Shown piece after piece: positions 37,440-49,692 of a stretch of DNA of 64,000 nt. Where the stretch lies: positions 285,468 to 349,467 of the forward strand of contig MNCI01003240.1 in assembly GCA_015680685.1 (NCBI GenBank). Direction: 5' to 3'. A program made the translations under genes and the position numbers. The DNA is from Gnetum montanum. Lineage: Eukaryota; Plantae; Gnetophyta. Each line of letters starts with the position of its first letter. Positions within the stretch are counted from its first letter, which is position 1. Under the pieces are notes generated by a model. The model saw only the letters and a program-made list of their open reading frames with translations, made no database searches and was not told the DNA's origin.

Positions 37440-40400
37440 TAGTATTAGGAGGGGGCTGGTCCCTAAACTCCTCTATGTCATCAACTCTCATCCCACTGGG
37501 GCTAGCCTTGCCACCACCATGTCCCTATAACAAAAAAAAAAAACAAAACAAATAAACACAAACAAACAGATTAAAAGGGAAAAACACTAAAAAATGATTA
37601 CTAAAGGAAATAAAATGATACAAGAATAAAACACTCACAGGTGAGGAAGGCCTGAGATTGGCTTACAGGTGCCATAGAATCTCTTCTTCGGGCATGCACG
37701 CCCAATCTTCCTCAAGACCAAGGTCAACATTGGCTAAGGTTTTACCCTTGTCCACTGTAGTCCAGGAAGGGAAGTCAAGAGAGAACATGCATGTTGAAGC
37801 TTTTCCAGAGGTAGTGGTAATGGATCTCTCAGGAGACCCCTCCACTTCGGTACACTCAATGAACTTGTCATAAGAAGAGCGCAAGCCTAACCCCTTGACA
37901 AACATCTCCATCTGATGACGTTCAACTGATTTCTCTTTCAACCATTTTTTGTATTGGTGCTTATCATCTTTCTGATCCTAGCCGCATTTACATACTTTGG
38001 ATGCAAAGGACTTCCAGTCATGGCACTTCCTATTCAATAAATTCATTTGGGCCCTCTGTTTGGCCAGATCCCAAGTTGCCTTCACCTTGCTATTTAAGAC
38101 TATCCAATAACATGCATAGGTGATCTCTGATGTGCGCCAGGCACTATCACCAGCCAATCTAGCAGAGGAAAAATCATAACGGGCTTGCAAGTCATTCCTC
38201 TCCTCTGTTACCTTCGTAAAATTTTATTTCAATGATTGAACTTCATGCCATAAGTGTTCAATTGAGTGTCTGCAGGTCCAGAGAGACTTGGCATTCTGAA
38301 CAACACAACTCAAAACTGCATCATAAATCCCTCTCAGGATCTGCTCAATATCTTTAGGCAATTCAAGGAGAGCATTAATATGGGTGGCCTCGGAAGGACT
38401 CCATTGAAGCTTTGCACCTACAAGTACAAACACCACACATATGAGCTAATAAATATCACCAATAGATACGAAAGCACAATGAGCGTAGGCACTTGGTATA
38501 AAGCACATGCCTAATTCAGGATGAGTCTATTGCAGACAAGCAACAACATCATTGATGATGCCCATAACAAAGTTCACTTTATTAGGCATTTCAAGCCACG
38601 ACCTCAAGTGAGCAGTGGATGTTGGATCTACATGGGAAGGCACCTCAACTGGGGCCTGTAACTTTGACACATTCGCCTGAGATACATGTGCTTCAGGTGC
38701 TTCAACATCCACGTCTGGTGTAGGAAGAGTCATGATAATCAAAATAATGTACAAAGATAAGAAGTAAGAAATGTGGATCAAACTAACCAAATGTACCAAG
38801 GAGCCCTTTGCTGGTCAGTTCAAGCCGATCCCCAAGGTGTAGAGACTCATCAAAGAAATTGTCAAAAACACCTTTCTCCTCGCTTGAATGCTTAAGGGCA
38901 TCTAAAGCCTCAGCAAGCATCACTCACATGGCATCTGTTTCATCCTCTTCGCATAAGATGGGAATATCCTCAGTTGCTTCTTCTTTCATTTCCTCCTCTT
39001 CATCTAGCCTAGTGATAACCATTTCAGGCTCACCCATTGGAGCTAATTCTTTCCTTTCCCTCTCGGGGGTACTCTTTGTTAGGACAAATAAATCTAAGGT
39101 TAGCATGACATAATAGGTATGCATATTTAAGTAAGAAAATAAATTCAAAAGGTAATAAAAGCAATTAAAGCAAAAATACTTACCCACTCTTGGCAAGATG
39201 AATTAGATCCTCTTTTCTCTCGGTAGCCTCGCCTCCAAAGTAGGTTCCCTTGAATGCTCAGCCCTTCTCACCTTAGCCTTGGCCTTCCTGATGGTCTTCT
39301 GAATCAAACGCTCAACTCTCCTAACAGTTTTATGTAGTTTAGGTGGCTCCAATCCTAAGCTATCATGAAAATGGTGGGAATGACTAGCTACACCCCCTGT
39401 TGTGACGGAGACTAATTCTTTGATGTCTTTGAGTGAATCTTGGGATCTAGTGGTTCTAAATAGATGATGAATCCAAGGGCGAGACAATTGTGAACAATTC
39501 CTTAACACATAATGGCTATCTCCATAGACCACTAAGAACTCAGCAAACCTATAGAGATAGCCCATGAAAAAGGAAAAGGTAAAGTGGGATTTAGCATCAA
39601 CATTGGAACGTAGCATGATGATCTCTCCACGAAGACCTAATCCAAGGAACTGTACCCAATTGTAGCACATACCATTCTCTAAGACTGAGCACGTAACACA
39701 TGCAAACTCAAATCCAAGACTTATTTCTTGAGAAAGAGACTTAGGAAACACTCATGCTCTAAAGGGTGGGTACAAAAAATTTACCTCCATCGAGTGAGTA
39801 TCAACTTACATGGAAAAACCCCTAGGACCTTGTGGTACACCTAGCCAGTCTTCAAGTTCCTTGATCACGTGGCCTTCTTTAGTTGCTCTATCTATTGCCA
39901 CGTTAGTACCATCCACTGGTATGCCAAAAAGATCAGAAAATAATTTGGTAGTTAGGTGGAAAGACACCTTAACTCCATGAACTCATGTAGTAAAATAGGA
40001 GACACCATCGTTAAAAGAGTTAATTATGGAAACCATTTCCATCACAGGAACGTTAGGAGTCAAGGCAGTAAATAGGTCTATGAAGCCCGCATTGGTAAGA
40101 TGGCTGATGATTTTTTCAGGTGCCTTTGTGTGTAGCCACTATTGTGATTCCTCTCTCTCTCCAAACTTCATAAAGAGAGTGGCTTCAGTGCATCTGGATA
40201 TGATGGTAATCCCATTAGGGGAAACAACCACTGTATAAAAGAAAAAAAGAGACATTGAGAAAACAAAATTAAGAGTATGATAAGCAATGATGTAACAAAG
40301 ATGAAAATGAAGCCTCGAACACAATCATTTACCATTAGCAAATGGAGTAGGCACACTTGGTGAAGGATCAACCATTTGAGGAAAAATGGACCCATTAGGA

Positions 40401-42300
40401 GACCAATCCTCATGTAGCTAGCCACGAACTTGACAACACTCAAAGGCCCTAGAGAATTTCCTAGGATAATTGACAATAGCATCCTTGGTCTGATCTAGCA
40501 TAGCAGCATGAAGAGTGGGGCCCACCATGAATGCCTCCAAGGTTGTGCATGTGAAGGCAAGCCCACCATCATCCTCATGCAATCCATGCTCATCAAAATG
40601 GGGCCTACAAAGGAAAAGGTATTCATACGTAAACAATGATATAACGTTAAAGGAACCAAAGGTAAGAGAAGTATAGACGAGCATACCTTTCCACTCTATA
40701 CATTGTTCTAGGCAGATTTTGGAATAGCGTATGCACATGGAAGGCTAGAAAAAGTATGCTACTACTGTTGTAATGGCTGCAAGATGAAAATCCCCATACA
40801 CGCGTCAAAGGACATGTAGATCTAGGACCTTCAGGAGCACCTCCCTCGACTATATATGGTCCCTTGTCTATGTCAACAACGAAGGCTAGCATGCCTCATG
40901 TTGAGCTAGGCAACATGGTCTCAACAATATCACGAGTCAACCGTTCACTCAAGTGAGATCATATGATAACGTTGAAATTATACAAAATAAATGATAAAAA
41001 TGCAATAAAATTTGGACAAAACCATATTACATGAGGCCTGATCTACATGTCATAACGAGGCATTTTAAGTTCCAAAGGGCTGAACCAAGATAGCACACCG
41101 ATAAGTTCAACCACAAGGAGAAAAGGCTTAAGTCCCCTGCATAGAGCCAGAACCTTAGGTAAGTAAATTAAAACATATAAAACATATAAATTAAAAATAA
41201 AATAAAATAAAGAAAATATATAAACCAAACAAGTAAATAATATTCAACACATAAGACCACCCCATGAGACAAGGACACTAGTATTCATTTGGTGTATTTG
41301 ACGCTCGCTGGGGAATATTGAGACCCATTAGAAAATAGTTCATTACAAGCAACATGAAAGCAAAATTCACAAGAAAATTATTTAAATTGTTTCTTCCAAG
41401 AAACGTTGCACTAGAAAGTAATGAGCATTCCATAACTCATGCCATCTTGAATAACTCTTCAACCTCCCCTACAGCTCACGGTGTAACCTGGAAACTCACA
41501 CTGGAAGCAGCGCATGCTACGAGAGAGCTCACGCTAGAATATGTGACCTTTGGGTATTCACATATTTGACATTCAAGTTGCCACAACCATACAAGATGCT
41601 AGGAACTACCTTGGGATGGACTTGTCTCTGGCTCATGCTGGGAACTGCCTTGGGACAACCCTGTCTCCAGCTCACACTAAGAATGGCCCTATTGAGAAAG
41701 AATGTGCTTTAGGAAATTTTAGGAATCATGAGATCACTATAGTGTTAATTTTAATTTTGGATGGAGATTTTTTACTAGTCCTGATCGCAACCCATGTTGA
41801 GGGTTTGCACACACCCTACAACCCTGCAACTCACGCTAATGTACATGACCCTGCAAATCATGTTAGGCGTGCCCTGGGTCATTCAAACTAACTGATCCTT
41901 ATGCTTCCCATACTCACTCCATCACCCAAAATAGCAACCATAAAATAATGGCAAGCTCTAAAACCCCAGTAACGTCCCTGACGCCCAAATTTACAAAAAC
42001 AAATCTACAATATAAAACCCAAAATCCAGCAAAATTTTCACTCTGAAATCGTAGCAAAAATGGTGTCCCTAATGGCTCACGCTGTACTCACACTATGATA
42101 GAATAATGTCAAAAATAAGAATGAAAGAGAACATGCCTATGCAGGGTGCCCGCCCATGATGAAATCCTGGGTTGAGGAAGGTGTTGGAGTAGTTCTTTAC
42201 TCTCCTCTACAAATGCCAATCCTGCCTACTTCTTCCCTTTGCCCTATTTTTCTTGCCTCCCTTTGCCCTTCATTTTTCTCACACTGCATTGCATGCTCTG
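37440..42300 (-). pseudogene. Antisense multi-exon accessory gene of C
   Basis: Exons 40687-41136, 40333-40604 and 39184-40230. Introns 40605-40686, 40231-40332 and 37525-37638 have GT..polyY-AG. Coiled-coil-like ORFs lie at 37663-38436. Homologous to A and E; outer ends uncertain. Confidence 0.75.
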
Positions 42301-42819
42301 TAGCTCATGCTGCCTTGCACGCCCTGTAGCTCACGCTGCGCTACACACCTAGTCACTCATGCTGCCAACACTAACTCATGCTACACAATTTAAAATTCCT
42401 TTTCCACCCCTGGTTTGATTTATTTCACTTTTTTTTATTTTTTATTTTACGTTGTGCTTTTTATTTTATGTTGTGCCCTTTTTTTATTATTATTATCATT
42501 TACTTTTTTTCCATTTTCATGTTATGAGGATAGTTTCTTCTTTTTTTTTATGCATATTATTTCTTATGAGGTAAGGCATAAGCAAAAGAAAAAAAAGAGC
42601 ATGAGGACTGAAAATCTATGAAATCATAACACTATTATTCACATGAAACATGAATGCCATGTGTGGCCCAGTACAACTTAAAATTGCCATGTGGTCCAAG
42701 TATGATATTAAACTACCATTATACTTGCATCAGGACATGAATTAATTACACAAAGCTAGCTTATATAGCAACTCCCCTGTCAAATAATCTTGCTCACGTT
42801 GCTCCCAGTTTAAATCATC

Positions 42820-45719
42820 TGTATCTAACATTGTTGTTGTCCCTAAGAAAAAGGTAACATCTGTATATGCATCGATTTTCGTGATCTCAACACAAGCACT
42901 ATAAAGAATGATTTCCTACTACCTAGTATCGATCAACTTGTTGACTTAATTGCTGGGCATGCACTGTTATCCTTTAGCTTAGGAAAACCTTCACAAAACC
43001 TTGGGGCATATTTTGTTACACAATGATGCCATTCAGTCTCAAGGATGTAGGTGCTACGTATCAATGAGTAATGACATATATATTTAGCGAATACATGCTT
43101 GATTTGCTCAACGATTATGTAGATGACATCACGGTCAAGCCTAAGACAACCAAGCAACATGTAAAGGATCTCGACTTAGTGCTCAAATGTTGTCTCAAAA
43201 ATGACCTCAGACTTAACTCAAAGAAATGTGTCTTTGGGGTTAAAATGGGCAAAATGCTTGGCTTTGTAGTCTCTAAAACAAGGATATGAGTAGACCTCAA
43301 TAAGGTTAAAGCAATAACAAGTATGCAACCACCTAGGAACCTCACCAAATTATGTGGTCTACAAAGTAAACTAAAATTCATCAGGCGCTTTATCAAAAAA
43401 CTGACAAATAAGTTAAAACCCATGCAACACTTACTACGAAAGAATGTGCATTTCCAATGGACTCAATAGTTCTAGGAAGCATTTGAAAACATAAAAATGG
43501 AGCTGGCTCAACTGTCAATAGTTCATCCCCACAAAGCCATAAAACGTTTTACATCTACCTCGTGACATCCGATTCATCTATTGCATCCATGCTTTGCCAA
43601 AAACGAGAAGATGGAATCGAGATCCCTATTTACTATCTAAGCCATGCCTTAATTGCCTACGAACAATGATACAATGATGTGGAGAGATCATGTCTTACCC
43701 TAGTCTTTTCCTTGAAGAAGTGGCAACATTATCTCTTCCGTAATCAAGTCTATATCATTTTCAAAGATAATGTGCTTCGAGCTATCACTAACAACATCTA
43801 TGAATCAAGTAGCATAGCTAGATGGAAAGCGATGATCACTGAGTTTAACTTACGCTATGTAACTCAATCCTCCACTAATGGTCAAGTAGTAGTCAATCAA
43901 TTGACCACTTCACCAACACAAGATCAAGCGACAATCAATCTCGAATTCCTTGATGAGAGTGTTAATAGCATCAATACCGTGTGTGATAACTTCGATGCAA
44001 TCCTTTACTTCAATGGAGCTTCAACTTCCTAAGGAGGAAGTGCTGCATCCATCATAACATATCCCTCTGGAGAAATTCGATCATTTGCCTATAAACTAAC
44101 CTTCCCTTGTACCAACAACATGGTAGAGTACGAAAGTCTTCTTAGAGGTTTTATAACAACACTAACTTCAGGGATCACACATATCATAGTTTGAGATGAC
44201 TCACAGTTAGTAATCAATCAAGTCACAGAGGTTTACACATGTAAGGCATCTCATTTGCAACCATACTATGACTTGACTAAACACTTGCTGAAACAATTGA
44301 TCAACGTAGATGTGCAACATGTTCCTAGCAATGAAAATACCATCGTCGATGCACTTGTTACACTAGCCTTAAACATGACACTTGATATGTTCCATGTGTT
44401 GCCTAGTTCTATAACAAATTATGCCAAACCTATAACCGACACTCTCGACGAAATACCCATAGCATCCATCAGCACTACACAAGCAATAGAATGGAACAAT
44501 GACATAAAAGAGTACCTTCTACAAGGTGAACCACCACAACATTTGATGAGTGCTCAAGAAGACATGGTGCAAAAATGCTCTTGGAAATATGCATTAATAG
44601 GAGACACATTATGTCACAAATCCTATGAAGGCATTTTGTTGGTGTGCGTTAATAGCATCAACGGTCAAAAAATCGTGGAATAGGTTCATGAAGGAATTTA
44701 CGAAGGGCATATAGTGCCCAGAGAAATGGCAATGAAAATTAGACATTTAGGCTACTAATGGTCACACATGGAGTACGATTTCTTCTCCAGGTTCAGGAAA
44801 TGTAACATTTTCCAAAGGCACGGTAACCTAATACATCTGCCACCTAATGAGTTGCCTATTGCAAAAATTACATGGCCATTCCAAAAATGGGGATTAGACA
44901 TCATCGGGCCGATAACACCACCATCTTCAGCAAGACATAGCTTCATCATCATCACAACTGAATATTTCACAAAATGGGTAGAAGACATTCCCTTCATCTA
45001 AACATGTTTGCAATTTCATATTAGAAAACATCGTGACCAGTTTTGGTATCCCAATGACCATAGTCACTAATAATGGACCACAGTTCAACAGTATAGATAC
45101 TAAAAGCTTTTGTGAAAGCTTAGGTATTAAACACTCATTTTCATCACCATATTACCCATAGAGCAATGGCCAAGTGGAGTCTATGAACAAAATGGTCATC
45201 ATGGTGCTTAAAAAGATGTTGAATCAGAGCAAGAGATGATGGCACGAGTAGTTAATCTACGCATTATGGACATACTAAACAACGCATTGAATGTCCATAG
45301 GTAAAAAACCATATAGCCTCGTATATGGGTCTGAAGCTATGTTACCTTTTGAGTTACAAGCTCCCTCATTGCGGATAACACTCTCTGGCCTCCTCGATAA
45401 AAGCTAGAACAATGAGCTACGCATTGCTGACCTTAACTCAGTGGAGGAAGAAAGGGTACAAGCGCTTGATCAAATTGAATGGTATCATAAAAAATAATGG
45501 CGATGGCATCAAAACAATTCACATAAGCACCCAATCAAGGAAGGTGACCTAGTTCTTAAGGCAGTCCGCGAACACTCAAATAAATTCTCAGCTAACTAGG
45601 AAGGGCCTTACTTAGTCACCAAGGCATATGATAATGGGGCATTCAAACTTGCTGACATGGACAAAAACAAGTTTGCTAATCCTAAAAATCACATGTATCT
45701 AAAACCATACTATGTCTGA
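42820..45719 (+). pseudogene. pol: pol of C (RT N-terminally truncated, RH, aRH, INT)
   Basis: VSNIVVVPKK, CIDFRDLN, YVDDI, LYFNGAST, WGLDIIGP, EYFTKWVE, KPYYV*. Confidence 0.92.
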
Positions 45720-45744
45720 TGAGCTTAAGGTATGCTTTGGTCCT

Positions 45745-46045
45745 AGCATTACGACCAAAACATGATACCACAGAATAGTCCTAGAGCTATGACATAAAAA
45801 TAGCACCACAGAACGTCCTGGGTCATGACAATAAATTGAAACCATAGAGCTTTATTCGGTATGACACTAAACTACCATGCTTTCCCACTAAAGTCCACTA
45901 AGACTATAAATTAGCTTACCTCTTCGTAGTCTGCTATGACTATAAACTAGCACTACATCATCTGCTACGACGATAAACTGGCGACATCCAAAGGATTATG
46001 ACATGAAACTACTCCACAACAGTCTGCTAAGACTTCAAACTAGTG
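45745..46045 (+). repeat. ATGAC..TAAACTAGC array after integrase of C
   Basis: About 9 degenerate ~31 bp units. Confidence 0.8.
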
Positions 46046-47245
46046 ATATCATCAACAAACTAGTGTTATTTGAAAAGACATGTTGCTACAATCGATTTTA
46101 TGTGCTCATCAAAAACCTACCGCATGATTTGTTACATAAACCTTAATAAAACTGATGTTGTTCAAGATTCTGTTTTCCTTGAAACTCCACATGATGGCTC
46201 CATTCCATCAGCTCCATTCAAGTTTAAAGTGTTTTAGCTAACTGAATCATTTGTGGTTTTCTTGTCCCCTTGGAGTTGTGTTTATAGGATGACATGTTTG
46301 AGGTGTTCATGCATAGATGTACTTCATCATGACAACAGGGTATCACATTCTTCCTGACGCACGCAACTGGGTTAATCAATCCATTCATAAGTACATTCCT
46401 GACTCCTGATATATTCCTTATTCCCCATCATGCCCCCTTATCCTATTCAATTACATCCCCTGGATACATTGTATCCTACTCATCCAAAGCTCTTCATACA
46501 CTATTGCACACTATGATTCTCTAAGCAGTTGCAACACAAAACACAATACACGGTACATGATACAAATGCAAGCACATGACCATGAGCACAACACTGAAAG
46601 AAAGCTCTTTCAAAAAAGAACAAAAAGAACACAAAAAGAAAACAAGAACAAACAAAAAGAAAAAACAAAAGGAAAGAAGAAACAAAAAAAAGAAGAAAAA
46701 CAAAAGGGTCAAAGAGCAAAATGCACAGCAATGGTCTTTGTGACTCCATTGACATCATAAGCAAAAGACTATTGGCTACTCTCATATAAGCCCTAGGCAA
46801 GAATGAAATTGTCTTGAAAAATAGTTACACTCATGTCTCAAAGAGATCATGTTACACATCATTGAGTCACTTTGGCTGTTTATGATGGGCCCCATAAACA
46901 CTCTATAAGAGTCCTATTTCTCCAAAGAATGCACTTCTTATATCTTGGCTCTAAGTCTGCTGAACACTGGGTATGGACAAAGACCAAAGACATAGCCCAT
47001 TCATGTGAGAGCATTCCCCTCCCACAATCTCGACAGTAATCATAACCCTTGAGCAGCTCTTGACTTCCCCCAATTACAACCGATCCCTTGCATCTTGAAC
47101 CGCATTCCCTCAATCTAATGTACTTTTGAACATGGTGCGATGACATCTAGCTAGGGGCCAATGGACAATGCTTAATGCCAGGTCGATCATGGTGTTTTGT
47201 ACTTCTTTGTCAATGCCTCTTGGGTGGATTCCTCCAGACGTCAAC

Positions 47246-47258
47246 AAAGAGGGGCCAA
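47246..47258 (+). promoter_or_regulatory. PPT of C
   Basis: AAAGAGGGGCCAA before TGAAACA. Confidence 0.88.
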
Positions 47259-48972
47259 TGAAACACCACAAAATTTCAACATAACACTTTGAAATGAGCA
47301 CAACCCTGCGCTTCAACATCTAGAAGTTTAAAAATTAGACTAAAGTACATGGATCTTGTCATGCACGCTGAGGTCATGCTCAAGTCACACTACCAGCGTA
47401 CATGTGACATGCGTGCGATGTTCGTGAAACATGCGCAACTTTTGAAGCCTCCAAATCAGGTCAAAATGGTCCCAATTTGAATGGGTAAGGTCCCATTGGG
47501 GTCCACTGATGACTACTCCAAGTTTCAACATCCAGAATCCAAGGTTTCAAGTCAAACTCACACAAATCTTGCTGCTTATGCTGGGGTCATGCCCAGGTCA
47601 CATTTATAGCGTGAGTCCAGCGTGAGCTAACAAAAATGGTCCAAATTAAGCAGTCCCAAGCCTATTTTTCGACATGAACTCCACTCCCAGAAATGGAAAC
47701 AACTGTACTTGAAACCAAACCACAAAAATCAAAATTCGAGCATGAAACCTGATACTTTGGCTCACTCATGCTGAGGTCATGCTGAGGACATGCAGACAGC
47801 CTAAGCCCAGCTTAAGCTACCAAAAGTGGCCTAAATTCAAGCACAGATAGGCTCAAATTAAACATGCAATATGTCCTCAAGGTTAGGTAGTAGTTACCCT
47901 TTAACAAACAAGCCTTAAAGGTGGAAGTTTGACACAAAATGCATCATTTATGGTCATGCACACTGAAGTCACGTTGAGGTGACGTTGAGGTCACGCTGGC
48001 AGCGTGAGTCCAACTTGAGCATGGGTTATGACCAAGAAAAATCACTTCAAACACATGCTGAGGGAATGCTAGGACAAGATCAATGCACGATGAAAACCTT
48101 GATGAAGCAAAAACACTTTCAGCAGCAGTCAGTCCATAGATTCAGAAATTCCAAGTGAGCTAGAGTCAAATTCTCTTATTGTACAGTATTAGTCACTCTA
48201 AATTTGTCACATTTTTGGGCTAGTGAAGCTCTTACACTACAAATTTTACATACTTATATGGGCACAAGCTAAAACACATTATAAGATACAATGCATCTAG
48301 TCTAGAACGTAGTCTACCTACATACGTCCAGTTCACATGTAGCTATACATCGAACACCTATCACACGATCCATTTTTCTCTTGTCTCACAGCCATTGATC
48401 TCATTCACAAATCCTACTCCCTAGCCTAGAAGAAATGTATAAATACCCTATTCATTGACATAAATGGCATTGGAAAAATTGGAAAAGGAAAACCAGCAAT
48501 CTTGAGCCTAGACGCACGTGATCCCCAGTGCATGCAAACACCTCACATCAGGGCTTAGCTTTTGACTTGCAATCCAGGCACACAATCACATTTCGACTAG
48601 TGTACAATTTGTTAATTAATACAACATATTTTCATTTTTTGCCTTCTTTTGTACTATTCTGGTTCATTTTTTCATTATTTTGTTTTATTGCACGTTTTTG
48701 CATACATTTTCTTTACGTTTACATGCAATATTCATGTTTACATCTTGTTGCATTACGCTCCTTGTTTTATATTTCGTGGCAATAACCCCAGTGTAGGCCA
48801 TAGAATACACTCAGGCAAGTCCTTGGTTGATTTGCATGCAGACCATCCAAGGCACCCTACCTTCATTTTTCCAGCTTGCCCTCATGTAAAGGCAGGTTCA
48901 GCTATATCTCTCTGGAAATCTTTTCATGTCTATTTTTCCTCTAGCCTTATGCTGACGATTTCAGATGATACA
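47259..48972 (+). repeat. 3' LTR of C
   Basis: Direct repeat of 31100-32818. Confidence 0.93.
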
Positions 48973-48977
48973 CACAA

Positions 48978-49687
48978 GATGCTGGTTGCTACTGTCTACT
49001 GTGCTCGTCTTGTGTTACGCATAGTACATGGGACACTAGTCACTATTGTCTACTGCACTCATCCCGTGTTATGCGTGGTACATAGGACATTGGTTGCTAC
49101 TGTCTACTACACACTATCTACTATCTACTACACATTGTCTATTGCACTTATCCTGTGTTATGCGCAGTACATGGGATGCTGGTTGCTACTTTCTACTATG
49201 CCCGTCCTGTGTCACACATGCGACATGAAGAACTGTCTACTGCATCTGTCCACTATCTACTATGCATGACAGGGTGATATGCTATGCTATGTTACACAAG
49301 GTAATAGGGTGCTACGCTATGCTACACTGGGTAATAGGGTGCTATGCTACATAGTGTAACAGGGTGTTACGCTATACAGCGTAATAGGGTGCTATGTTAC
49401 GGTATGCTAAAAAACATAATAGTGCGCTACGCTATGTATCGTAACAGGATGCTACGCTACACAACATAACAAGGTGCTACGCTATGCTATGGTACACAAC
49501 GTAATAGGGTGCTACACTATAGTAGACAAGGTGCTATGCTACACAGCATAACAAGGTGACATGTGAATCTGGTAGTTGGTGTTGACTACACTCGACACTT
49601 GGGAAAAATATGGGCAAAATGCCACCATTTTGACACTTAGCCATATTTGTAGTCGTGATGCCAAGACCCAATTTTTTTTTTGTTTCA
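48978..49687 (-). repeat. 5' LTR of B, part 2
   Basis: Continues the B LTR tandem arrays; ends TGTTTCA like 24147. Confidence 0.88.
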
Positions 49688-49692
49688 ACAAG

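Larger units (their letters stand above)
31100..48972 (+). mobile_element. Element C: full-length (~17.9 kb) degenerate Tat-group LTR retrotransposon nested in B's LTR
   Basis: LTRs 31100-32818 and 47259-48972 (roughly 85-90% identical by eye); PBS 32824; PPT 47246; degenerate TSD CATGG/CACAA. Confidence 0.94.
22572..49687 (-). mobile_element. Element B: non-autonomous Tat-group LTR element (gag-PR only); 5' LTR interrupted by C
   Basis: LTRs 22572-24147 and 30132-31099+48978-49687; PPT 24148-24160; PBS 30107-30124; degenerate TSD GAAAG/ACAAG; no RT/RH/INT. Confidence 0.88.

Noticed and set aside
37440-42300. Antisense gene as an independent nested DNA transposon or recent host-gene capture
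   Set aside because: No TIRs or TSDs seen. It has the same position, orientation and intron phases in three diverged elements, which indicates inheritance with the element.
46501-46800. Hydrophobic or Lys-rich ORFs suggesting an env-like membrane protein (also 42415-42621)
   Set aside because: Low-complexity A-rich or T-rich tracts with no homologous ORF in A or E.
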